From Patellaria atrata CBS 101060 (taxonomy: Eukaryota), in contig MU006099.1 in NCBI GenBank assembly GCA_010093705.1, positions 744,001 to 808,000 on the forward strand: a stretch of DNA of 64,000 nucleotides. Direction: 5' to 3'. The notes under the pieces were generated by a model. That model was given only the letters and a program-made list of their open reading frames with translations, ran no database searches and was not told the DNA's origin. Each line of letters opens with the position of its first letter. The stretch's first letter is position 1. The position numbers were made by a program, and so were the translations under genes. This document shows, in pieces, positions 23,396-36,016 of the stretch.

Positions 23396-24754
23396 ATGAA
23401 GACCTTCGCATACGCTGCCATCTTTGCGGCCATCAGCGGCGCGCTCGCTGCCCCCGCCCCTACAAAGTCCAACGTGGTCAGGAAGAGGGCCGCCTGCTCC
23501 TCCGCAGTGCAGCTCTCGGGCAACGTCTTCAAGAACAAGAAGCTCCATGCAAACATCTACTACAGGTCAGAGATCGAGGCTGCCGTCCAGCAAATGAGCG
23601 ATGCATCGCTCGCATCAGCAGCAGCCAAGGTTGCAGATGTTGGTTCCTTCCTCTGGATGTAAGTATCCCCAGAACTTGCTCCGAACACAGATAACTGATG
23701 TGGAACCCTTTCAGTGATACCATCGAGCGTATCGGTATCCTAGATGACGCTATCGCCGAGGTTCCCTGCGATGATGTTCTCGGTCTCGTCATCTACGACT
23801 TGCCCGGTCGTGATTGCGCCGCTAAAGCTTCCAACGGTGAACTTGCATACACCGAGCTTAGCCGTTACAAGAGCGAATACATCGACCCCATCGTTGCTAA
23901 GCTCAAGGCCAACCCCAACACCGCATTCGCTCTCGTCATCGAGCCTGATTCGCTTCCTAACTTGGTCACTAACGCCGACTTGACTACTTGCCAGAACTCC
24001 GCTACTCCTTATAAGGAGGGTGTTGCATATGCTCTTAAGAACCTTAACCTTCCCAACGTCGTCATGTACATTGACGCTGGTCACGGTGGCTGGCTCGGCT
24101 GGAACGACAACCTCAGTGAGTAGATACATTGCTGGGACATGACCAGTTCGGATGAATACGTGCTAATACATTCAAAACAGAGCCCGGCGCGTCCATGCTC
24201 GCATCGGTCTACAAGGCGGCTGGCAGCCCCAAGCAGGTTCAAGGTGTGGTTTCCAACGTTGCTGGTTGGAACGCCTGGCAATTGTCGCCCGGCGAGTTCG
24301 AGAACGACGAAGATGGTCAATGGAACAAGTGCCACGACGAGAAGCGATACGTCCAATACTTCGCTCCTGAGCTCAAGAGCGCTGGCATGCCCAACCACTT
24401 CATCGTCGACACTGGCCGTAATGCCGTCCAAGGTCTCCGTGAGGAATGGGGTGACTGGTGCAACGTCAACGGTGCCGGTTTCGGTGTCCGCCCAACTTCC
24501 AACACCGGTGACTCCCTCACCGATGCTTTCGTCTGGGTCAAGCCAGGTGGTGAATCCGATGGTACCTCTGATACTTCCGCTACTCGTTACGACTCCTACT
24601 GCGGCAAGCCCGATGGTAAGTTCACCGATACAACCTGCACTTTTGAAGCCATTGCTAACTTTGAGATTCAGCATTCAAGCCATCTCCCGAGGCCGGTACC
24701 TGGAACCAAGCTTACTTCGAGATGTTGGTCAAGAACGCGAAGCCCGCTTTCTAG
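23396..24754 (+). CDS. Secreted glycoside hydrolase family 6 cellulase (cellobiohydrolase II-like), no CBM1, 4 exons
   Basis: Signal peptide plus RKR. GH6 motifs YDLPGRDCAA, IEPDSLPNLVTN, DAGHGGWLGW, WGDWCN and WVKPGGESDG. Introns 23659-23714, 24116-24180 and 24616-24671. TATAAG at about 23312. Confidence 0.95.
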
Positions 24755-25791
24755 ATGGATTGGTTTGCGCGAAGTGTGTAAAAGGCTGGGATGGACTGCG
24801 CTCGTATATAGAATCCTCTCATCCTTTTTGAAGAGTCCTCTTACCCAATGAGAAAAACTGTTTAACTTCATCTTGAGAAACGCTGATGTAACGCGACGTG
24901 ACTTTGTATGAACTAGTGAAACGGTGCCGGAGTATTGTTGTATGCTATTCCCAACACACTTTTTACCGATGTCCTGTCGTATTCAAAGCGAAAACAGAGA
25001 TACAAAGAAACAATTACTCTAGAAGTCTATGGTTGAAAGAGGATAATTTGTACAGAGGCCTGTACAGTGCAGTACAGACAGGGGAGATAAACCTAGTTTC
25101 GGATGAGAATGCGTCTGACGGTGCATATACGCCTGAGTTTTGGGAGCGAAATCAGCTGGAAAAATGATTGATATTCTTGTATTTCATCTTTTCTTCTTCT
25201 ATGTCGTTGATTTAGCGTTGTTTATACTTGGTCTCTTATTAATTCTATAGTTATGTGCAAGAAAGCTTCGAACCAGCGGGCTCTTGGGAGACAGCCCCAC
25301 GAGCCAAGGGCCCTTAAGGTACCTGAGCCCTTACCTGAGATCCCACAGGCCACAGTTCAAGGGGATGAAGGCCAGCAAGAGGTTCAAAACGACGGTAAGG
25401 TAATAAGGTGTCTGGTGTATAGGTATGAGAAGTTTGGGCGAAGACTGGTTGCTCTTCTTGGCCTAGCCCTAGTTTTAGTCCCTACTCTACAGCACTGTAA
25501 GGTTAGCGTTGCCGTCTTGAGTTTCCCCCCTGTCAGGAGCTCACCTTGTTGAACTTATCCTTAAAATCATTCACCAAAAAAGTCCTTGTCGCGTCCCTAT
25601 TATATTGTTTTCTATACTCCGTATCGAATCTCATAATAATGGTAAATGTTTTCTTTCGCGAGTGTCTGTTCGCGGCGGTCACTTGCATTATCATCGTCTA
25701 GTCTTTTCATGGATGGATCTTCTTACACACATTCAGTGCAAACGCTCCATTCCTCTTACACCGTTAAGAATACCCACCAACACTCTTCACA

Positions 25792-27860
25792 ATGACTGAT
25801 GATCAAGATACCTCCCCTCAATCGCCGACAGAGTCTGCTACGCCTAAGATTCCTGCCCCAAAGAATAGGAGCTGCCCATTTTGCGGACAATGCTTTACCT
25901 CCTCATCTTTGGGGAGGCATCTCGACTTATACATAAAACCGCACCACCCGAAACCACCAGACGGTATACATGACGTAGAAGCTATCAAAAGGTTACGTGG
26001 TAGTGTAACACGGAGGCAAGTCCGCCCATCCTCTAGGAAATTTCATGGGTCGACGCCCTCTTCTTCTCGAACCCCCAGCATATCCCACCATTCTCCTGTC
26101 GAACCCGGGACGACGCCTTTTGAAGAAGTCACGGGACAGAAAGTAACGACACGATTCAATGTACCGAACTGGCAGGTCACCGGGGTGATCAACAATTTGC
26201 CTCCTCGAGACGGCTCTGTTGGTGCTACTCCCGCGCGAAGGGTCATATCGAGACATGAAAAGCTCAAGGCTGATTTCAGAGAGCGTGAAAGACGGCCAGA
26301 CGATGTAGATCAAGGTAAAGCGGTAGAGTTGGCGCTCAAGGAAATTCTTGACGCCATAAAGGAGGCTAGGTAATTCTTTTTGACTATATCTTATTTTCTA
26401 TTCACTAACGACCAACCAGGAACCGAGCAGTGTCGCGAAACCTTTTTGATTTTGACCCGTTCACCATGAGCTTTCCCTGTTTATGCCTTCATATATTACC
26501 TCGACCTCCAACGCTCTTCTCCCTTACACCCTTCCCTACGAATGACTCGTGGTCAATCGAGCCCCCTGGTCAGAAGCAGTTTGACGCTCTGAATCGATTG
26601 ACACGGGATCATGTAGCAACTCGACAGCAAACAATTACATCGCAATCAACTACAACTCCACCATCAGGCTCGTCACCTTTACCGACGCCACCCCCGCGGG
26701 AAGATGCAAAATATAAGAAGCTGTTTTCCCATTTTCATGATGCATTCAATCATTGGAAGTCACTCCCTGAAATTAAGAAGCAGGAGAAATGGCAACTGGA
26801 GGTTCTCAGGTCGTACACACGCGCTGATGAGAAAAACAAGGAGCTCGAACGCAAGATGGAACAGTTGCGTACAGAGTTGGACCAGTGCAAGTCCGCTAGC
26901 AGATCTCAGCCATTTACACCAATCTGGACTCCGTCGACTTTCATCTCCTCTGAAATAATACAGAGTTGGAGCGCCCAAGAGTTGGATTCTAGCAATTGGG
27001 AATTCAATCACTTGATCGACAAGTGGAAAACCGTTCTACGTGAGAATCGTAAGGCAGCCAGTGGGCTAAATGCGCAGCGCCCACTGGCACCTGCCACCTC
27101 CATTACAGTGCGAACTCCGACCACTACGAATGGCATCAAGAAGACCTCGGTCCAGGTTTCGAACGGATTGAAGTCCCCCAATGGCTCAGCCCCGAACTCT
27201 GCTCAGTCTACATCAGTGCTTCCTGGTGCATCTTCTGCACCCTCCATTGCTCAAAGCGATCACATGGACGAGGATACTGGTGATCAAGTTGATGGTGAAG
27301 GTGACGATGAGGATGCTGATGCTGATGCTGATGCTGACGCTGACATCGATACGGAAGACGTACCTATGAAGAATGGAGAGAAAACTGCTATGGACGCTTC
27401 AATGAACGTCAAGTGGCCTGTTGACAATCAAAACCAAAGCAGTTCTCAGTCCCAGAACATAAAACCCCAACAGCCACCACAACTGCAGCCACGGCCTCTC
27501 CCGACTCAGCAGTTTCCACATCAACATCAATTGCAGCATCAGCAACAGCAACGCCAACAACAGCAGCAGCATCAAAATCAGCATCATCATCAGCATCACC
27601 ACCAGTATCAACCACTCTCTCCATGGGACCCTAACAGCCACCCTCATTCGCACGGCCATCCTAATGGTATCCATACACATCCAGCAAACACTCCCATCGT
27701 CCATCTGCACCCTCACCAAAACCAATTCAATCACCCTGGGAGCCGACGCGCTTCAGCGCATACCTTACCTAGCACTCCCTCAACCCCATTTGATAACCAT
27801 AATGCGTCAAGTATGGTGATTGACGATGAGAGTGCAAGATTCCTTGATAGCATGGGATAA
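25792..27860 (+). CDS. Fungal hypothetical protein with N-terminal CxxC..H zinc-finger-like motif and Q/H-rich tail (2 exons)
   Basis: CPFCGQCFTSSSLGRHLD motif. Intron 26370-26419 (GTAATT..CTAAC..CAG) joins the 193-aa and 476-aa ORFs in frame. Poly-Q/H and DADADA tracts. Confidence 0.85.
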
Positions 27861-29002
27861 AAATTTGCATATATCAAGCGTCTGTGAGGGTTGGATTCAC
27901 TGTGAAGAGTGTATTGGTCGCTTCTTAGATACATTAACGGAAGATTGTATAGTTGCATATGAAGGCTCAAGCATTGAATAATAGACGAGTCGTACTGTTT
28001 GACGTTTTGTTGCATTAGGGGTGAAAACTTTTCGAGGAGTTACTGGTCTGGCGTATCGGGGTCGTCATTTATATCTTCTCCCGTTTAAGGAAGAAAGAAA
28101 GTATTTCATAGATACGTGGTGGGACGATCTTACGTTTTATACCATTTCGGAGCGTTTGTTGCCTTTCATTCTACTTTGAGGAAGGGAATTTTGATTCTGC
28201 TGTACATTATTTTCTCCTTTTTCGATCATGCGGTTTGAAAACTTCAATTTTCGTTGTCTTTTCTTTGCTAGTTCATCATGTACGGTACAAGTCTAGCCTA
28301 CTTCGTGGGTTTATGGCTTGGAGACAGCGAAACGGTTCATTTGCTTGGTAGTTCATGTATAACCATAGCATGCACCTACTTTTTGAATTTTTCTCCTTAG
28401 AGTTCTCTATGGTGGGTAAATTTTCACGGCTTGGAGATTCAGTTAATGTTTTTTATTTCTCGCGTTTGATGTAAAACATTGACTACCCATGCGTACCCCG
28501 TACTCATGATAGAGCATCTATGTCGGGTGTCGGAGAGTAGTCACCCACAATATTACGTTTTAACCTAGCTCATGGTGCGGATAATGCGAATAAGTCTCAT
28601 ATGTATGTCGAATCTAGCACTAACAGTAGTCGGATGCGTAGAAGTATTTAATCCATGTATTCCGTGTACAAAGCGCACTTATCAATCTAAAGAATGGACC
28701 CAAACTTGCATACGTTAAAATACTTTGTCCAAACATTCGATTATCCCGTACTTCCAACTAACTCCGTGCCGAACTAAATTGATGCCAATCTGCTCCGATA
28801 GACAAGCACCCGATCGTCCCGATGCTTTTCGGGGAAGCCATCCAAGTCCGATCCGACGGACGAATCAGAACCTTCAATAGTCTACTACGTGCCAGTGTCT
28901 TACAAATATATCAACGAATATTCATCTGTTCTCAATTTCACCAAAGGATATATAACGACCCTATATCCCACAGTAGAACTATGGTCAAACACCCCCATCA
29001 AG

Positions 29003-29887
29003 ATGACACCCAAAATCGCCCTCTTTGACGCTCCTAGCAAAAAGCAGACCTGCAACTCCATGAACGCGTGGAGAGGTGTGTGAACATCTGCCAGTAAACC
29101 CTCCAAGTATGACAAACCCTCACATGTTCAAAGGCCTCCTCGCGCTCAACTTTAAAAACATCGACTACGAAACCCGGTGGGTCGAATACTCAGACATCAA
29201 ACCCGTCCTCAAGTCCCTGTTTGTACCCAGTCACCCCTACCTTCCTAATAACACTAACCGACTCCGTTTGTCAAGCGGAGTCCCACCCAACAATCTCACA
29301 GATGGTGACTTCTACCACTACACCATTCCTACCATCTCCTTCAACGGGGAATATGTCATGGGAACGCGTAAAGTTGCCGCAGCGATTGAAGCCGTACAAC
29401 CGCTGCCGTCCCTGCATCTTGACTCCCCTTTGATCGACCGAGTAGATGAAGCAGTAGATGAGTGCATGAAGCATCTGGGTGCCGTGATCCTTGCCGCGGT
29501 CCGCGTGAGAGGTCCTCCCGGAGAGGTCGTAAGAGTACTTTTAAGAGCCGTTATGCGCAGTACGGGATTATGTTGAAAGAGCTTGAAGAGAAGTTCGGTG
29601 GGGAGAGTGGTTTGCAGATGGTCAAAGAGCCATTGAAGAGGCTTGCAGGATTCGTGGAGGGGAGGCGCGGACTTTTTGGTTTAGGAAATTTTCGTGAGTC
29701 ATCTACGCATCGATTGAGGACCAGGTGCGTTGACGAGAGTGTAGCGTCGTATGCGGATATTATAGTCGTTGCTTTTCTACATTGTTGGACTCTAATTGAT
29801 TCGTATGAGAGAATTGTTGCTGATCATCCCGCTTTAGCTAGATTATATGAAGCCTCTGTCGAGTGGGTGAAGAGGGACGACCACTGA
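29003..29887 (+). pseudogene. Glutathione S-transferase-like (UstS-type) gene, apparently frameshifted
   Basis: GST-N features LALNFKNIDYETRWVEY and YTIPTI, LHLDSP, and C-terminal SYAD..WVKRDDH. Around 29500-29545 the family-like text VLPERS*EYF lies in a different frame from both flanks and contains TAA. Confidence 0.7.
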
Positions 29888-30397
29888 ATGGTCGGTGATG
29901 GACATGAATTGTTGAGAACAATTTGAAGACAGAGAGGGAGAGTTGACGAGGGATGACATCGATAATCAGGAGGCATTACCATTCAAAATTTGGATATTGA
30001 TATTGCGTGATTGTAAAGATCCCGAAAATCAAACAATAGGAGACGACTATTATCAGGTTATTGACACAATCAAACGGGCACTTACCGTGCGCTTTACTTT
30101 AGACGTCCCGCTGTATCCCGCTGTATCTCGAAAGCATTTCCGACCCGCCTTTTTGGGAACAATACCGATACTGAAGAGCTTGTGACTATTGTTATCACAA
30201 ACAGGACATAGCTTCACTTCACTTAGTGGCCTGGTCTCCCTCTCGCTTTATAGAGCCTCCCTCCTCTCCTTTCCTTCCTTCTTCTTACACTTTCCAACCT
30301 CCTTCATTACAGTCAACCTCCCCATTTTCCTAAAGTCAAGCACATACTTCATCAATCCATCCTCCATTTCTTCAAGAACCCACTTCATTCTATCAAG

Positions 30398-31276
30398 ATG
30401 TCAAACTCCCCAGAAACGGTCGATGTTCCAAAGGTGCCTCAGGTGCACCAGATATCTGATGAAGTCAAAGCTAAGAGAGCTGCCTTTTTCGAGAAACACG
30501 GTCAGCACATCATCTTAGCTGTCTTTTGCTCCGGTGAAAAGCTCAGGCCCGATTTCAAGCTCCTCTCTCAAGAGCTGAACAATGCTCCCAAATCTGCCCA
30601 GTAAGTTTTCAACCACTCCGATTTTGCTCTTTAAGCAATAGTCTTATCGAAATCCTGCAGAAACAAGACCATCACCGTCAACAACGAACTTGAGAAGTTT
30701 CGCCACGAATACGGCCTTGTGTTCGCAGAGAAGGCTCCCAAAGGCGAGGCTTCCCCCAAGAAAGCAGCAGCTCCACGCAAGGCTAAGGTCACACCTGAAG
30801 CTGTTGACGCTGTCAACGGAGACGCTATCGAACGAGACGATGATGAAGAGCCAACCCCGAAGAATCCAGTGACTTCTCTAAAGCGCAAGACAGCAGCCAA
30901 GAAAGTTGAGGATGTCGATACTAATGCTAACGATGCTGATGCTGAAGCCACCCCGAAGAAGGTTGCGACTCCTCGCAAACGCAAGACAGCAGCTAAGAAA
31001 GTTGAGGACAGCGAGACTAATATTGCCGACGTTGATGGAGTAGCTACCCTGAAGAAGGCTGCGACTCCACGCAAACGCAGGAGCACCACTGGGACGGGTG
31101 GTGAGTCACCAACCAAGAAGGGTCGTGGCCCTGCCAAGAAGGCTGATCCAAAAGTCAAGGAAGATGCTGATGCTGAGGTGGGCGTTGATGCTAATGTTGT
31201 TCCATCCGTGGAGGGTGTTGATGGTGAAGTCAAAGTTAACGATGATGCTGAAATTGATGGTGAGGAGGCTATCTGA
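30398..31276 (+). CDS. Small K/A/D/E-rich protein with histone H1-like basic repeats (2 exons)
   Basis: Intron 30601-30660 (GTAAGT..CAG) joins the 68-aa and 185-aa ORFs in frame. Repeated TPKK/TPRKRK motifs and an acidic tail. Confidence 0.8.
30848..31081 (+). repeat. Coding tandem repeat, 96 bp (32 aa) x about 2.4
   Basis: Units start at 30848, 30944 and 31040 (EPTPKNPVTSLKRKTAAKKVED / EATPKKVATPRKRKTAAKKVED / VATLKKAATPRKR). Confidence 0.85.
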
Positions 31277-32401
31277 ACGAATGTCTGGTTGGATTCGTCT
31301 GAATAGGTGTTCGGTTGAGATATTTCACATTACCTGGAAGAATGCTAGACTTCCTCACGCTTGGAGGAATTGACAGCACTATTGCAGAAACCAGGCTAGG
31401 ATGGCAGGTTTCAAGAAAAACTTGTGGTAGCATGATAGTTAAATAAATGGAATGAGTTTACCTAAATCGAACTTTGACCCGATAAACTCGTGATTACAGG
31501 TCAAAACATTACCTTAGCTTTACGTGTTCGTTGCCAAACTTTACGTCTTTCATCCGGATGGTGGGCCATCCCATGGTAAATCTGAGCGAACAGTGACTGG
31601 GGGATCCGCTTAACGCCCGTAAGTTGAGAATGTTGAGGGTATTGATACACGTAAATTTTGTCTTGGGGGGATCTGTTACTGGACGACTGGACGAGCAATG
31701 AAAATAAGGCCGATAATGAGAAGTCTCCAATTACAGACTTAAACCCTTACGAACCAGAACGCTTCCAGTTCAGGTACACCGACAGATGAGAAGTAAGTGA
31801 ACCCATGATAGTACTACGTTGAGTGTACAACAAATGTATGGAGGCTAGGTAATGCTATCGATCAGAAAAAGAATCCTATCTTTACGCATTGGTGTAGTAG
31901 GGGCCACTTGTAGGTAATCACGAAAGATTCTTGACAACGCTGTATGGGAGGATTTGGCTGTGCAAACGACTATTTCTGCGAGTTGTACAGACGCAACGAT
32001 ATATGTCCTAAAGGGCTATATCAGTCTTGAATACTCTAAGGCATACTGGTAGGGGTAAGCAGTGGTAGTGTACAATGTGAGAGAGTCCTAACCATGGCGC
32101 TAGGGGGGGCAACATCAAGTTATGATTACCATTTCAGTGACTGAATACAACCTTCCCAATTGTATTCTATATATCTACCTAACGACAGACATTGTACAGT
32201 GAACGGGAGTGCGTTGACAAGTGAGGAAATGGAGTCGACAAATCTATGCTCCCGTTGCAAACAGGCCAAACACCCTTGTCAACGCGTGAACGCGCCGGGC
32301 TAATAAGGTAGGTAGAACCTTACCTAAGTTCGTGGTACAGGAATAGCATAACTGGACATCATCCTGAACCATCTTCGGTATTGATATTCCCAACTCTCGT
32401 A

Positions 32402-34309
32402 ATGGCCCGTCCAAAGAAAAGGGCCAGCTATTCTGAAACGATCTATAATTCCACAACTCCTCTTCGGCAGGTCAGATTTTCTGCACGACGAAAGACAGCA
32501 AAGCATATAACAGCTCAACCGCGGAAATTAAAGAAGCAGACCACGTTGACCCAAATTGATTTCATCGATATCAACGGAGCTGGTGCCGATGACGATAAGG
32601 AGCAAGGATCGCAGTCGAAGCAGAATGAGGAAAAGTTCGAGGAGAACCAAGAGAGACCTAGGAAAAGGCGAAGATCAGAGAGGCCAAAATCGGAACGGAA
32701 AGTTGCAAGGAAGAACTCGGAGAAGCTGAGACAGACGACTTTGACCCAAATGGATCTGGATAAAACCATCCTGGCCAGCGACTCCGAGGATAATGTGGAA
32801 GAGAATGAGGATATACTTACGGAACGGAGCTCTAATTCTTTGGAAAATACGCAGGCATCCTTTGATCTGTATGCTATCGGCAGACGTGCTGGTGGTATCG
32901 CATATGATGACATAGACACAAGAGAAGGTTTAGATTCCGGATATCTCTCTGACCTTCGAGAAAGTGGACTGATGGAAAAAGAGAATATAGAGCTGCGGTT
33001 GCAGAGTCAGGAACGTAAAACTCCTATGCAGGACAAAGGCACGGAATCTAGGACTTGCATTATGAATACAGTAGTTCAGAATGCTTCGTACCGTCCATCT
33101 ACAACTTCACCCACCGATAGACCATCTCAGCATACACCAAGGGCCGGTCAGGATGTACGCTCTCCACTACAGGAACGCTCTACAAACTCTGTATTACCTC
33201 ACCGCTCTTCCCCTAGAAAAAGTAAAGTAACCGTCAGGTTCGAGGAACTACCAAAGAGAGGACAACAAACTTTTAAAGAAAAGAAAATCGAAAGGAACAC
33301 TACTCCAGGATCCGTTTGTATTTCCCCTAAACTTGAAATAAAGGATTCAGACGATGAAGAGACTACCGATGACGAAGTAGAGTTTGAAAACGACCAGGAT
33401 GCGGGGATCGAAGAAGAGACTCAAGCTGTGATTCAAAGGGTTGACCTAGCCTGTGCTGCTCAAAATCTTCTCAAAGAAACTGGTATTAGTCAAATGGGGA
33501 CGAGCACGCTTGGCGAACCAGCTTGCTCACAAGAGCAGATTTCAGGTGCAGGAACAAATGTATCCAAACCAGTGGTGGATGGTGATGTTTCTGGCAATAT
33601 TGCTTTAGGTTTGGAGGATAGTACTCAAGCTCGTTATGAGCGGGATTGGGGTGATGCAAGTCTTATGAACACGCAAGATGTGAATGCCTCCATTGTTGCA
33701 ACCATACAATCACAAGGGCCATCAGAATATCTTGAGAACGAGCCCGTCCAATATACTCAAAAGCTACACGCACAGTCGTCCACGAAGTCTGGTTCAGCTT
33801 CGGTCAAGTATGTTGGCCAAGCAACAAAGATGAAAGTGGTTCAAGAACTTCCCATGGAGATACAAGACGACACTCCATATAGTGCCTCGTCGCCTCCGTT
33901 CGGAACGACTATTATACCATCGACTCCAGATCGCTCGAGCTCCGTTCAAACTGCACGTATTCACGTTTCCCCGTCACCGCGGCCTTTACGCCTTAATGTA
34001 TCACCGTCCCAGTGTCAAACTATCATTGTATCATCGTCACCAGTCCCGATGCCACCGTCTTCTTTTCTTCCAAGCCGACTTAACATGCAAGATACGTTTG
34101 TATTTGCAGACGACAGTGGGACAGATGAGGATATGGAGCTAGATATATCTGACCCAGAAGCGGCCGGTGGAAACTCCACAGAGCGTGCTAAGGTGGAATC
34201 GGATCCTGCACCCTTAACGATTAGCCAACTGTTACCCGAAAGTCTTATGAATTACAGTCTCACGCTACCGTCTTATCATAGTACTCAGGCCAGTGACGAG
34301 GAGTTGTAA
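32402..34309 (+). CDS. Single-exon, largely disordered, probably nuclear hypothetical protein (635 aa)
   Basis: Long uninterrupted ORF from ATG 32402. NLS-like RPRKRRR, two QTTLTQ motifs and many SQ/TQ. Confidence 0.85.
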   Translation: MARPKKRASYSETIYNSTTPLRQVRFSARRKTAKHITAQPRKLKKQTTLTQIDFIDINGAGADDDKEQGSQSKQNEEKFEENQERPRKRRRSERPKSERKVARKNSEKLRQTTLTQMDLDKTILASDSEDNVEENEDILTERSSNSLENTQASFDLYAIGRRAGGIAYDDIDTREGLDSGYLSDLRESGLMEKENIELRLQSQERKTPMQDKGTESRTCIMNTVVQNASYRPSTTSPTDRPSQHTPRAGQDVRSPLQERSTNSVLPHRSSPRKSKVTVRFEELPKRGQQTFKEKKIERNTTPGSVCISPKLEIKDSDDEETTDDEVEFENDQDAGIEEETQAVIQRVDLACAAQNLLKETGISQMGTSTLGEPACSQEQISGAGTNVSKPVVDGDVSGNIALGLEDSTQARYERDWGDASLMNTQDVNASIVATIQSQGPSEYLENEPVQYTQKLHAQSSTKSGSASVKYVGQATKMKVVQELPMEIQDDTPYSASSPPFGTTIIPSTPDRSSSVQTARIHVSPSPRPLRLNVSPSQCQTIIVSSSPVPMPPSSFLPSRLNMQDTFVFADDSGTDEDMELDISDPEAAGGNSTERAKVESDPAPLTISQLLPESLMNYSLTLPSYHSTQASDEEL

Positions 34310-34873
34310 TTTCGACGACATTGTAATCAATCTCATCAATTAACTCTTTGGATAAGGGTGATGATAGTTGCCCTAGCTCGCGTATTATAGACAGTGTTCG
34401 TGGAATTTCAAATATACGATCTTCCAGCAACAACCTCTTTATTACGAATGTGTGGTCACTGTGATTATAGAATCAAAGTAAACAGTGGAACCAACTGCGT
34501 GGACCTATTACTATTGCCGCTTCCAAGAGCCGGTGCACCTTCATGCCCTCTCGTGGACCATAGTTACCGTGACCCTTTCACTTTGGTTTGGCACTTCCCG
34601 GTATGGGAGGTGATTCGAGAATGCCCGCACGTGGAATAACAAGGAGAACGTTCATCCACCCGCTTCGAGTAGTATATCCGCACCGGAAGACGCACATTTG
34701 CTAGCGTGACCGCCGGGCTCGTTCACATATAAATCTACCCACGCCCTTCTTCCTCCTTCCTTAAAAGCTTCGCTTCTCCAGACACCAAGCTTTTCAACAC
34801 CACATTCTTTAGGCGCCCTTTCGTCCTTGAGTCGATAAATCAATCTTCAGCTGACATTCGTCTACAATCAATA

Positions 34874-36016
34874 ATGTTTACGTCTCGCCACATTCCGCGT
34901 CTCGCTTCCCTTGCTACGAATGCCCGTTTCTTTCGTAACCCAACCTGTCCCAAAGCGGACGTCATCCGCGCCAAAGAGGTGCCAGTAGTCTCGTTCAAAG
35001 ATGGCGAACGAGCCTCAGTCGATCTGCCCATAGATTCTCCTGGCTTGGACCCAGTCATACCTCCTGGAGTTGACGTGAAGCAAGTAGCGTATCCTCTCGC
35101 TCCTTCTAACCTTAAGGGTTTAACCCCGACCCTCAAGAAGTTCACTTTGCATGGCAAAGTAGCTGTTGTCACTGGGTACGTTTTAACCCGAATCATACAC
35201 GTCACTCTCACGATGTCGCTAATTCATAGTTCAGCGGTGGTCGTGGGCTCGGATTCAACATGGCTCAAGCTCTTGCAGAAGTCGGTGTCAAGGGAATCGC
35301 TATCATGGATCGCCAACAGGACGTTGGTGAGGCAGCTGCGAAGGAGCTGAGCGAGCAGGCCGGCGTTGATGCTCGCTTCTATGCGGTGGATGTTCGCGAT
35401 GGTGCTGCCATTGACCAAGCAGTACATGATATTTCAGACCACTTTGGTCAAATCGACGTCCTTATCAACTCTGCTGGTATCGCCGAGTATGTGCCGTTCC
35501 AGTCCAAGATATTTACCCCTTACTGACGATGCTGGGAGCTCAAACATCAAGGCCGAGAACTACGGCCATGGAATGTTTCGCAACCTGATTGATATCAATG
35601 TCACAGGCACATTCCTCGTTGCCCAAGCCGTCGCCCGCCAAATGATCAAGAACAAGACCCGCGGTACCATGATCTTCATCGCATCCATGTCTGGCTCGAT
35701 TGTGAACTATCCTCAGGAGCAGAGTGCATACAACACATCCAAGGCCGCTGTCGTCCAGCTCACGAAGTCTCTTGCCACAGAGTGGGCGCGTTACGGTATT
35801 CGCGTCAATGCCATTTCGCCAGGCTATATGGATACTGCCTTGAACCGTGTTCCCACTCTTGATGCCCAAAAGAAGATCTGGATCGAGAACACTCCTCAGA
35901 AGCGTTTGGGTGCTGTCGATGACCTGAACAACCTGGCCGTCTTTCTCGCGACGGACTCATCCGCCTTCTCGACCGGTAGCAACTATGTCATCGATGGAGG
36001 TTATACCCTTTGGTAG
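34874..36016 (+). CDS. Short-chain dehydrogenase/reductase (sorbose reductase/arabinitol dehydrogenase-like), 3 exons
   Basis: TGGGRGLG across intron 1, NSAG, catalytic S..YNTSK and SPGY. The Arg-rich, acid-free N-terminus suggests a mitochondrial presequence. TATAAA at 34728. Confidence 0.92.

Noticed and set aside
16822..24754. Secondary-metabolite cluster around the P450 and ABC gene
   Set aside because: No PKS, NRPS or terpene synthase. The ABC protein is a soluble ABC-F, not a transporter.
30631..31233. 200-aa minus-strand ORF
   Set aside because: Antisense shadow of the repetitive K/A/D-rich plus-strand gene.
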